The notes under the pieces were generated by a model. The model was not told where the DNA came from, made no database searches, and saw nothing but the letters and a program-made list of their open reading frames with translations. Shown piece after piece: positions 19,568 to 27,443 of a stretch of DNA of 57,684 nt. The stretch comes from Luteolibacter sp. (GTDB taxonomy: Bacteria; Verrucomicrobiota; Verrucomicrobiia; Verrucomicrobiales; Akkermansiaceae), in the NCBI GenBank assembly GCA_021298895.1, contig JAJTHK010000055.1, positions 1-57,684 on the forward strand, in the 5' to 3' direction. The position numbers and the translations under genes were made by a program. How positions within the stretch are numbered: position 1 is the first letter of the stretch; each line of letters starts with the position of its first letter.

Positions 19568-20536
19568 TTAATTAGCAGTTAGAGTCACGTTGTAAGCAGA
19601 CTGACGACGGTTAATGATAATTGCTGGTGTTAGTGGAACAGCTGCTTGATTTGTGGAACCCCCGCCGACGAGCCGCCAACCGACTCCAGCGAATCCACCG
19701 TTTGAATAAAAGTAAGTTAAGTATCCACCAGATCCATTTGGCATCATAATTAAATCAGCTGTATTTGAATTACCTTGTAGCACCGAAGCCGCCAAGCCAC
19801 TGGTAGCTAAAGTAGGGGCACTGCCAAAAACCGTTGATATATACTCATAAGTCTGAGCGATGCCAATCTTTGTTTGATCCAATTTAACCTCACCATTTAA
19901 TACTAAGTCCAGATCCGTTAGGCCCCTACGCTGGATGAAAATCGCATCAGTATACACGATAGGATCTGCTGCAAAATTTGTCGATCCACCTCCAACTTTT
20001 CTCCATCCGATACCTGCAAACCCACCGGTAGAATAAAAATATGATGTAAATCCCCCAGAACCGTTAGGAATAAGTATTAAATCAGCAGTATTCGAATTAC
20101 CTCCGAGCAATCCCGATTGATTAGTAGCTCCAAAGATTGAGGATAGCGTTGCTGCAGGTCTGATCCTGTATGGCTCGTCGCCCGCAAGAGCCGCCACGAA
20201 AGAGGAAGGCAACCCTTGGATCTCGGTGGCGGTAAATGTAGTAAACTCCTGAATAGCTCCTGAATTTGGACCTGAGCCCGTTATCTCGATAATATTGACC
20301 CCAGATGCAAGAGATGAAGTGAATGTAGCTTCAGTATCGGCGATACTTGTTGAAGTCGGTTTAGAGTTAAGTATTCCTGAAAAGACTGTTGTTCCATGTA
20401 CGTTAAGCCCTATTAAATTATACTGACCTGCCTTAAGTGTCTGAGTCGTGTATCCTACCGGCGTCGTATAAACCTGAGCAAACGCAGCATGCGAAACTGT
20501 TAGGCAGGCGAGCGCGAAAATCGTAGTCGTTCTCAT
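19568..20536 (-). CDS. TIGR02597-like secreted protein of Verrucomicrobia
   Basis: Signal peptide followed by VYTTPVGY; GEV motif; internal duplication (GNSNTADLI..PNGSGG..YFYS.GGFAG.GWR.VGGGSTN twice). Confidence 0.65.
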   Translation of the reverse strand: MRTTTIFALACLTVSHAAFAQVYTTPVGYTTQTLKAGQYNLIGLNVHGTTVFSGILNSKPTSTSIADTEATFTSSLASGVNIIEITGSGPNSGAIQEFTTFTATEIQGLPSSFVAALAGDEPYRIRPAATLSSIFGATNQSGLLGGNSNTADLILIPNGSGGFTSYFYSTGGFAGIGWRKVGGGSTNFAADPIVYTDAIFIQRRGLTDLDLVLNGEVKLDQTKIGIAQTYEYISTVFGSAPTLATSGLAASVLQGNSNTADLIMMPNGSGGYLTYFYSNGGFAGVGWRLVGGGSTNQAAVPLTPAIIINRRQSAYNVTLTAN

Positions 20537-20816
20537 AATTGGATGTTTTTTTGAGGGTTTGGGTTTTTGGGTGACGGATGTGTCACCAATCAGATGAGCC
20601 ATACTAGTAAATCCCCTATGACTGACAATCCAAAAGTTGGATATTTTTCAGGGAGAACCATACCTGAAAATAGGTAGGTTTGACATTGCGTTATTTAAGT
20701 TAAGTTAAGGGTTATTAGGGGGGTGAGTCAGGATGGGAACATCCTTATGGATGAAGGGATATTGGGGTTTTTGATCACCCATTAACCCTGTGATAGCGCA
20801 TCTGAATTGGTCAGCC

Positions 20817-20857
20817 TGATTGACGATTGATGATTGTTGAGGTTTGATTTTTGATTT
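20817..20857. repeat. heptamer tract (GATTGNN)
   Basis: gattgac-gattgat-gattgtt-gaggttt-gattttt; same unit as the tract at 55238. Confidence 0.7.
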
Positions 20858-20888
20858 GGCCCTCATTCGCCTCTTCTCAGACTCTCCA

Positions 20889-21004
20889 TTAACCTGGCCA
20901 ATGGGTGAGATTTTTGAGCAATTTCAGGCGATTTTCGATGTCTTCTCTGGAAATATGGGCGAGGCGATTGGCGGAAAAAGCCTCGCAGGTGAAGGAGGCG
21001 ACGA
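20889..21004 (-). pseudogene. duplicated 3' end of the pfkB-family gene
   Basis: 20896-21004 matches 21313-21421 at 106 of 109 nt; ends ...THWPG* instead of ...THWPE*. Confidence 0.9.
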
Positions 21005-21260
21005 AGAGAACGAAGGATGTTCCAACCCCTTTTTCTCAAATTTCCTGCCAGAGAAATGCAGAAGCCTAGACAAGGCCGATGTGCGAAGCTCCTTCGTTGA
21101 CTTCGTTACCTTCTGTTTAAAAAATCCAAGAATTTAAACAGGAGCAAACAGAGATAACTGAGGATGTTCCAAACCATTCATCACAGCCCTTTCTCCTGAA
21201 TTTAAGATCAAAAGAATCGAGCAACGCCCCTCCGTTTTCTCCGTTACCTCCTGTTCAAAT
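21001..21260. repeat. pair of ~9-bp-unit inverted-repeat modules (same family as the 14491 array)
   Basis: acgaagagaacgaagga ... tccttcgttgacttcgttaccttctgttt; aaacaggagcaaacagagataactgagg ... cctccgttttctccgttacctcctgtt. Confidence 0.8.
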
Positions 21261-21305
21261 TCTTCTTATTGGACTCTAAAGCCGGCCGGAGGCACGGCTC
21301 TCCAG

Positions 21306-22283
21306 CTACTCAGGCCAATGGGTGAGATTTTTGAGGAGTTTCAGGCGATTTTCGATGTCTTCTCTGGAAATATGGGCGAGGCGATTGGCGGAAAATGCCT
21401 CGCAGGTGAAGGAGGCGACGACTGAGCCGTAGACCACGGCTTGGCGGATGTCGTCGAAGGAAAACTCGCTTTTTCCTGTGGAAGCGAGGTGACCGGCGAG
21501 GGCGCCGAGGAAGGAATCGCCCGCGCCCGTGGGGTCGGCGACCTCGGCGAGGGGGAAGGCGGCACAGCGGAAGAGGTCGAATTTCGTGCCCGGGAGGGTG
21601 AATTCGGTGGCAGGTGAGCCATCGGGGTGTTTGGAAAAGAGGATGGCGCCGAATTCGCCGAGTTTGATGATGACATTGGCGGGGCCTTTATCGAGAAGGA
21701 TTTGACCAGCGACGATGAGGTTGGAGGTTTTGCAGAAATCGCGGGCCTCGGATTCGTTGATGACGAGGAGGTTGATTTTTTTAAGGACTTTATGAAGGTC
21801 GTCGTTGGCGATGGTGATCCAGAGATCCATGGTATCGGCTGCGATGAAAGGCTTTTGAGCCGTGAGCTGATCGATCATCTGGAGTTGATTGATCGGGTGC
21901 ATATTGGCGAGCACGACGACTTGGGAGGAGGTCATTTCCGCAGGGATTTTCGGGGTCCAGTTTTCTAGGACATTGATCGCGACCGAGAGGGTATCGCGAT
22001 CGTTCATGTTTTCATGGTATTCGCCGGACCATGAGAAGGTATCGCCTTCTGAGCGCTCGAGGCCATGAGTGGAAATGTTTTTTGAAGCGAACAAATTCAG
22101 GTGCTCTTGGGGGAAATCCTTGCCGATGATGCCGATGAGATGCACTGGCGAGGCAAAATAACTGGCGGCAATCCCCGTGAAAGAAGCGGAGCCACCGAGG
22201 AGGTTTTTCCCTTCTGCGACGGGGGTTTTGATGTGATCGATGGCGATCGAGCCGCCGATAAGGACTGAAGATGCTACTGACAT
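21306..22283 (-). CDS. PfkB-family carbohydrate/nucleoside kinase
   Basis: LLGGSA, IIGKDF, INESEA, KLGEFGA and DPTGAGDSF signature. Confidence 0.93.
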   Translation of the reverse strand: MSVASSVLIGGSIAIDHIKTPVAEGKNLLGGSASFTGIAASYFASPVHLIGIIGKDFPQEHLNLFASKNISTHGLERSEGDTFSWSGEYHENMNDRDTLSVAINVLENWTPKIPAEMTSSQVVVLANMHPINQLQMIDQLTAQKPFIAADTMDLWITIANDDLHKVLKKINLLVINESEARDFCKTSNLIVAGQILLDKGPANVIIKLGEFGAILFSKHPDGSPATEFTLPGTKFDLFRCAAFPLAEVADPTGAGDSFLGALAGHLASTGKSEFSFDDIRQAVVYGSVVASFTCEAFSANRLAHISREDIENRLKLLKNLTHWPE

Positions 22284-22297
22284 GCAGCGGTTCTAAG

Positions 22298-22332
22298 TCT
22301 CAAAATTCAAAATTCAACTTTCAAATTCCAAT
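22298..22332. repeat. heptamer tract upstream of the pfkB-family start
   Basis: caaaatt-caaaatt-caacttt-caaattc. Confidence 0.65.
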
Positions 22333-22333
22333 T

Positions 22334-22651
22334 AAGATTTAAACGGAGGATCGGAGATAACGGAGAGAACTGTTAAGATTGCTGATGATTAGACCTTAGA
22401 CAGAAAAATAAGAGGAATAGCTGGGGTTGATGTGGTCTAAACCACGAATTTCACGAATAACACGAATACACGCTGATGAATGGCCGTTGCGAATAAACAT
22501 TAGCTAATCTGTCTTCATATTTCTGCAATTCGTGAAATTCGTGGTTAAATTTTTAAATTTTCACCCGCAAGTTTTCTGACAGCGGTCTCCAGCTAATCCA
22601 ATTACCCTCTTATCCGTTTCCTCCGCATCTCCGATCCTCCGTTTAAATCTT
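22334..22651. mobile_element. outer inverted-repeat module (perfect 25-bp arms) enclosing a nested element
   Basis: AAGATTTAAACGGAGGATCGGAGAT (22334-22358) and ATCTCCGATCCTCCGTTTAAATCTT (22627-22651). Confidence 0.7.
22440..22547 (-). mobile_element. MITE-like CACGAATTT element, copy 2 (inverted relative to copy 1)
   Basis: Reverse complement aligns with 18370-18475 over arms and core (atatgaagacagattagct.atgtttattcgca). Confidence 0.75.
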
Positions 22652-22704
22652 CTCTGTAATTTGGAAGTTGCTGAAAACGTAGGGAAGTGATGCATTTCAC
22701 AAGT

Positions 22705-23625
22705 ATGAAGTTACCTACTCTCCGTCATTGTTTCATGGGCATTTTAGCGACTGCGTTGGTTTTGCCGATGGCTGCTTTTGCTGAAGGCGAAAAACCCGCT
22801 AATAAGAAACTTATCCTAATCGCCGGCAAACCGAGCCACGGACCTGGCGACCACGAATTCAATGCTGGCTGCATGCTTTTCCAAAAGTGTCTCAAAGACA
22901 TCCCAGGCCTTGATGTGGAGGTGCATAACAATCACTGGGTGAAAGACGATGCGGTTCTGGAAACAGCCGATGCGGTGGTCATTTATTCCGATGGTGGAAA
23001 AGGCCACCCCGCACTCCAGAGTAACCACAGCGAACTTCTCCAGAAGGTAGCGAATCGCGGCGGCGGGATCATGATGATGCACTACGCCGTCGAGTGTAAC
23101 GCTGGTGAAGCTGCAACTGGCGATCTTTTCCGTAGCTGGATAGGCGGTGCATATGAAAGCAATTTCTCCTGCAATCCGATGTGGGAGGCCGATTACAAAA
23201 AATTTCCTCAACATCCCATCTCACGTGGAGTGAGCCCATTTAAAATCCGCGACGAATGGTATTTCTCCATCCGTTTCCCCGAGGGTATGAAGGGTGTGAA
23301 ATCGATCTTGGTTGCAACTCCGACAGACGAAACCCGCGATGGTCCTTACGTTCACCCAAAAGGTCCTTACCCACACATCCAAGCTAGAAAAGGCGAGGAA
23401 GAAACCATGATGTGGTGCATTGAGCGTCCTGATGGTGGACGTGGCGTTGGTTTTACTGGCGGTCATTTCCACAAAAACTGGGCAGACGACAACATGCGCA
23501 AAGTCGTGCTCAACGCCTTGCTTTGGATCACTAAAGTCGAGGTCCCTGCAAACGGAGTGGAGTCCAAGGTGACCGAGGAAGACATGGCAGCAAATCTCGA
23601 TCCAAAAGGCAGCCGCAAGAAATGA
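22705..23625 (+). CDS. secreted ThuA-like domain protein
   Basis: Signal peptide; SHGPGDHEFNAG, HPISRGV, DEWY and GGRGVGFTGGHFH motifs. Confidence 0.85.
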   Translation: MKLPTLRHCFMGILATALVLPMAAFAEGEKPANKKLILIAGKPSHGPGDHEFNAGCMLFQKCLKDIPGLDVEVHNNHWVKDDAVLETADAVVIYSDGGKGHPALQSNHSELLQKVANRGGGIMMMHYAVECNAGEAATGDLFRSWIGGAYESNFSCNPMWEADYKKFPQHPISRGVSPFKIRDEWYFSIRFPEGMKGVKSILVATPTDETRDGPYVHPKGPYPHIQARKGEEETMMWCIERPDGGRGVGFTGGHFHKNWADDNMRKVVLNALLWITKVEVPANGVESKVTEEDMAANLDPKGSRKK

Positions 23626-24554
23626 GCGGAGGCAAAGGCATGCTCGTGGCATTGCCCGAGCGCTGGGATGAAGCCTGTTTTGCAGTTCCTGCAGTGCGGG
23701 CCTTAGAACGCAGCGGATTGATCGGCGCGTTGGTTTACCATGAGGAACAGGAAAATTTCTGGAAGACGGCCAGCTCTCTGCCGTGTTTCACGTTTTCTAA
23801 CAAATCCAGTGCAGGACAACTCGCAAAATTGTTAGGAAACGATTGGGAAGCCTCGCTGACATGGGAAGACGGGATTGCCGCGAGAGCCTTTGCCAAAGCC
23901 AAAATCCAGCGCAGACTCGGCCCCGCCAGCGCGAACTTAAAAAAGCTCATCACCCACCCGCTTCAAGCCCACGAAGCGCCCACCGAACACCGTGTGCGGC
24001 TTTACCTCAACACCTGCGAGGAAATGGGGATTTCCGTAAACCATCCCGAGCTTTTTGTTCCCGCTTCCTTGGGCATTCCCGCAAAACCGCAATCCGTCCT
24101 GCTCTGCCCGGACTCCGACTACGGCCCCAGCCACGAATGGCCACTCGACCGTTGGCAGATGGTCGCTGAACATTTGTTAGAAAAAGGAAAGCATCTGACT
24201 GTCGCGGGATTAGTTGGCGGTCGCAACCTTGGAAAAATTCTAACAAGTCGGATCGGCGGCGATATTGATTTTTTCCACGCCAACCCGCTCAATGCTATCA
24301 TCCCAACCCTCTCCACCTTCCAATCCGTCATTGCCGCCGATGGTTTCCTTCCCCACCTCGCAGCTTACACGGGATGCACCTGCATGACTCTCTTCGGCCC
24401 CAACGATCCCAACTGGAAACGCCCTCTCGGCAAGCAAAACGTCGTCGTCAAACATCACGTCGAATGCGCGCCGTGCCTTTCGCCGCAATGCAAGATGGAC
24501 AATCGTTGTCAGAATGAGCTGCGGGTTGCTGATATATTGGAATTTTGTTCCTAG
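23622..24554 (+). CDS. glycosyltransferase family 9 (LPS heptosyltransferase-like)
   Basis: CPDSDYGPSHEWP, DGFLPHLA, TLFGP and CAPC...C motifs; ATGA overlap with the upstream gene. Confidence 0.85.
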   Translation: MSGGKGMLVALPERWDEACFAVPAVRALERSGLIGALVYHEEQENFWKTASSLPCFTFSNKSSAGQLAKLLGNDWEASLTWEDGIAARAFAKAKIQRRLGPASANLKKLITHPLQAHEAPTEHRVRLYLNTCEEMGISVNHPELFVPASLGIPAKPQSVLLCPDSDYGPSHEWPLDRWQMVAEHLLEKGKHLTVAGLVGGRNLGKILTSRIGGDIDFFHANPLNAIIPTLSTFQSVIAADGFLPHLAAYTGCTCMTLFGPNDPNWKRPLGKQNVVVKHHVECAPCLSPQCKMDNRCQNELRVADILEFCS

Positions 24555-24625
24555 TTCCTAGTTCCTGGTTCCTGATTCCTGGTTGAGCTTCGCGCTACAG
24601 CATAATCGAACTAAGAACTAAGAAC
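24547..24625. repeat. inverted heptamer-tract module between convergent genes
   Basis: gttccta-gttccta-gttcctg-gttcctg-attcctg ... gaactaa-gaactaa-gaac. Confidence 0.8.
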
Positions 24626-24638
24626 AGCGCCGAAGGCG

Positions 24639-25004
24639 CTACCCCTTAAACAACATCTTCGCGCCGATGACAAGTAACACGACGCCGAATATTCTTGTTA
24701 GAGTTTGACTGGAAAGTTTATGCATGAGATCGGTGCCGAACCATGCCGCGATAGCCGATGCTATTCCGACAATGGCGACGATTTTCCAATCGATCAAATG
24801 CCCTGCTTTGATTAGATTATTCGACGAAGCGACCAAAGACGTGATCACGATCACTGCCAAGGATGTCGCGATCGCTTGTTGCTGCGTGAACCCCAGAGCC
24901 AGCACAAAGGCCGGAACCATCAAAATCCCTCCCCCTACTCCGCACAACGCACTGATCAACCCCGCGGCCAACCCAACAACAATTGCAATTAAAATGACTT
25001 TCAC
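24639..25004 (-). CDS. TauE/SafE (TSUP) family membrane protein, half size
   Basis: GVGGGILMVP and AIATSL motifs; 121 aa, hydrophobic. Confidence 0.85.
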   Translation of the reverse strand: MKVILIAIVVGLAAGLISALCGVGGGILMVPAFVLALGFTQQQAIATSLAVIVITSLVASSNNLIKAGHLIDWKIVAIVGIASAIAAWFGTDLMHKLSSQTLTRIFGVVLLVIGAKMLFKG

Positions 25005-25097
25005 AGCCCCAAGCTGAATGGCGCGCAGGAAAATTTCAATAAATGAGTTTGGTTGTGACCGTTAATACAGGAGATGCCCTGTAGGGGTTAAGATAAA

Positions 25098-25246
25098 CTC
25101 GCGCAAAGCCGCCAAGACGCAAAGGAAGACCTGCGATAGAAAAATGGGGGCAGAAAAATATAAAAATTTAACCATATCAACCCCAGCTATTCCTGTTTTT
25201 TCGACGTGTACTCTTCTATCTTTGCGTCTTGGCGGCTTTGCGCGAG
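25098..25246. repeat. inverted-repeat module with perfect 27-bp CGCAAAG-type arms
   Basis: CTCGCGCAAAGCCGCCAAGACGCAAAG and CTTTGCGTCTTGGCGGCTTTGCGCGAG. Confidence 0.9.
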
Positions 25247-25255
25247 ACATTATCT

Positions 25256-25297
25256 TTTCAAATTTAGAGTTTAAAGTTTAGGATTTAAAATTTAAAC
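25256..25297. repeat. heptamer tract upstream of purU
   Basis: tttcaaa-tttagag-tttaaag-tttagga-tttaaaa-tttaaac. Confidence 0.75.
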
Positions 25298-25304
25298 CCC
25301 CTCT

Positions 25305-26162
25305 ATGCGTTCCGGACTCATCCTCAAACTCTCCTCTCCCGACCAACCAGGAATCGTGGCAAAAATCGCTTCTTACGTTGCGACGTATAACGGCAACTTG
25401 ATTGAGTTCAGCCAGTTTTCCGATCAGATCGGGAAGAAATTTTTTGCACGCCTTGAGATCGATACCACGGAGCTCAATGTCGATGTTGAAGTTTTCAAAT
25501 CGAACTTCACTCCGCTCGCTCACTCCCTCGATGCAAAATGGCATTTCCGCATTCTTCCCTACAAAATGCGCACGGCGGTTTTGGTGACAAAGACCGATCA
25601 CTGCCTCAATGAAATCATCTGGCGCTCCGAACTCAGCGAGTTGCCCATCGAAATCACTTCCGTCATCGGCAACCGCAACAACTGCCGCGCCATCGCTGAG
25701 CGTTCCGATCTACCGTTTCACCTCATCGAAATGGACGGAGGCAAACGTGAAAGCGGCTTCGAACAAATCCGCGAACTCCTCATCGCTCAGGATGTCGAGC
25801 TCATCGTTCTAGCGCGTTTCATGCAAATTCTTCCTGCGGATTTTTGCGATGAATTTTCCGGAAAAATCATCAACATCCATCATTCATTCCTGCCCGCCTT
25901 CATCGGTGCAAATCCTTACCGCCAAGCCTACGATCGCGGCGTGAAGCTGATCGGCGCAACCTGCCATTACGTCACCAACGACCTGGACGCTGGGCCCATC
26001 ATCGAACAAGAAGTTGAACGCGTGCATCATTTCCATTCACCTGCCGACCTATCACGCCTCGGCCGCCAATGCGAACGAATCGCCCTCGCCAAAGGCATTC
26101 GCTACCACGTCCATGACCGCACCCTCATCGACGGCAATCGAGCCATCGTATTTCCAGATTAA
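25305..26162 (+). CDS. purU: formyltetrahydrofolate deformylase
   Basis: N-terminal ACT domain (PDQPGIVA); LARFMQIL, INIHHSFLPAF and GVKLIGATCHYV motifs. Confidence 0.96.
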   Translation: MRSGLILKLSSPDQPGIVAKIASYVATYNGNLIEFSQFSDQIGKKFFARLEIDTTELNVDVEVFKSNFTPLAHSLDAKWHFRILPYKMRTAVLVTKTDHCLNEIIWRSELSELPIEITSVIGNRNNCRAIAERSDLPFHLIEMDGGKRESGFEQIRELLIAQDVELIVLARFMQILPADFCDEFSGKIINIHHSFLPAFIGANPYRQAYDRGVKLIGATCHYVTNDLDAGPIIEQEVERVHHFHSPADLSRLGRQCERIALAKGIRYHVHDRTLIDGNRAIVFPD

Positions 26163-26251
26163 ACTTTAAATTTTAAACTCTAAACTTCAAGAAGAGTGCT
26201 GCACACGTCTTATCTCTTCCTTGAAGTTTAGAGTTTAAAATTTAAAGTTTA
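26160..26251. repeat. heptamer-tract module with a perfect 32-bp inverted repeat, probable bidirectional terminator
   Basis: TAAACTTTAAATTTTAAACTCTAAACTTCAAG and CTTGAAGTTTAGAGTTTAAAATTTAAAGTTTA; the ends coincide with the TAA stops of both convergent genes. Confidence 0.9.
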
Positions 26252-27313
26252 CCTCGGCGCCGGCCCTATCGTCCCGCCTTCCACAAACTCCGCCAACGCT
26301 AAACCTTGGCGCTTATCCACCACTCCGCGAGCAACTTGGTTCGTCCAGTTTACCACTCGCCTGACAATGGGTTCATGATTCCAGCGGATATGTGAAATCG
26401 CTGGATCACACCACGAAAACGCTTGATCCGGATCGTCACAAACCAAAGAAATATCGCGTGGTGCAATGATCCCTTTCTGCGCAAAATAATCCTTTGCTGA
26501 GATAAACATTCGAGGCTCGCATATGATCATCGCCGTCGGTGGCGTGTGTTTGAAAAGCGAGTCAAGACAACGATGATATCCCGCGACACTCTCCTCCCAC
26601 TCAGGAAGATGATATGGCCCAGTTTTAATTCCATGTATCTCTAACTCATCCAAAAACGCCTGCTCAAAAAGAGCTGGTTTCGGTTTGCGTCTTTCCTCAC
26701 GGGCGATCATCACGATTCGCTTGTGACCTAAGGCAATCATTTTTCTAACAGCCTCCCTCATAGCTGGAGATTTTCTAACACCCATCCCAGCGATAGGTAG
26801 CCCGCTCGGCCTACCGAATTGCGCAATAATTGGAACAGGCTGAGTCGCAAACCACTCCAAAATCTCCCGTGATCCCGATATAATCACCCATGCATCCACT
26901 TTGGATTTTCTCGCAAATTCCGCGACACGACCCACATTCATCCCCAGTTCTTGTAGAGTCTTTTCCGCAAAAAACGGAGCGTGTCCCGCCTGTTCCAAGC
27001 GATGCAATAAATCGACCTTATCGGTCATAACCCGATCCATAGGCTCATAAAGCAATATGCCTACCCGCAGCACCGCTTTGCTTTTTTCAACCTGCGGCGT
27101 GATCTGGCATCGCCTCCGCTCACCTTGCCCACGCAACAACCCCTCATGCTCCAACTGCGCCACCGCCGCGATGATTGTCTTCGGACTCACCGCCAGCTCC
27201 TTCGCCAGACGATTGACCCCAGGTAGGTTTTCCCCCATCGAGCCAGCGATAATTTGCTCACGCAAATAGGCAGCAAGTTGCTCGACGGCAGTGAGGGCGC
27301 GAAACGGTTTCAT
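26249..27313 (-). CDS. GntR-HTH plus LacI-type substrate-binding domain transcriptional regulator
   Basis: LPGVNRLAKELAVSPKT wHTH; LGHKRI, PPTA, PRDISLV and GGTIGP in the C-terminal domain. Confidence 0.85.
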   Translation of the reverse strand: MKPFRALTAVEQLAAYLREQIIAGSMGENLPGVNRLAKELAVSPKTIIAAVAQLEHEGLLRGQGERRRCQITPQVEKSKAVLRVGILLYEPMDRVMTDKVDLLHRLEQAGHAPFFAEKTLQELGMNVGRVAEFARKSKVDAWVIISGSREILEWFATQPVPIIAQFGRPSGLPIAGMGVRKSPAMREAVRKMIALGHKRIVMIAREERRKPKPALFEQAFLDELEIHGIKTGPYHLPEWEESVAGYHRCLDSLFKHTPPTAMIICEPRMFISAKDYFAQKGIIAPRDISLVCDDPDQAFSWCDPAISHIRWNHEPIVRRVVNWTNQVARGVVDKRQGLALAEFVEGGTIGPAPR

Positions 27314-27324
27314 GACAAATAAAC

Positions 27325-27345
27325 CTGTTACCCCAGCGGTAACAG
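27325..27345. promoter_or_regulatory. candidate operator palindrome
   Basis: CTGTTACC-N5-GGTAACAG, 11 bp upstream of the regulator ATG, in the divergent regulator/tig spacer. Confidence 0.55.
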
Positions 27346-27443
27346 ATGTCCAGCAGGAATGAGCTCAAAGCTCCATAATCAGATATTTCGTTGCCAATCC
27401 CACCCTTCCACGCCTAGCTTCGCTCCCCCTAAGTAGAACATTC

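Noticed and set aside
20844-21137. 97-aa plus-strand ORF
   Set aside because: Consists of the antisense pfkB remnant plus repeat sequence.
20889-21421. Diversity-generating retroelement TR/VR pair
   Set aside because: No reverse transcriptase; the three differences are synonymous and not all at adenines.
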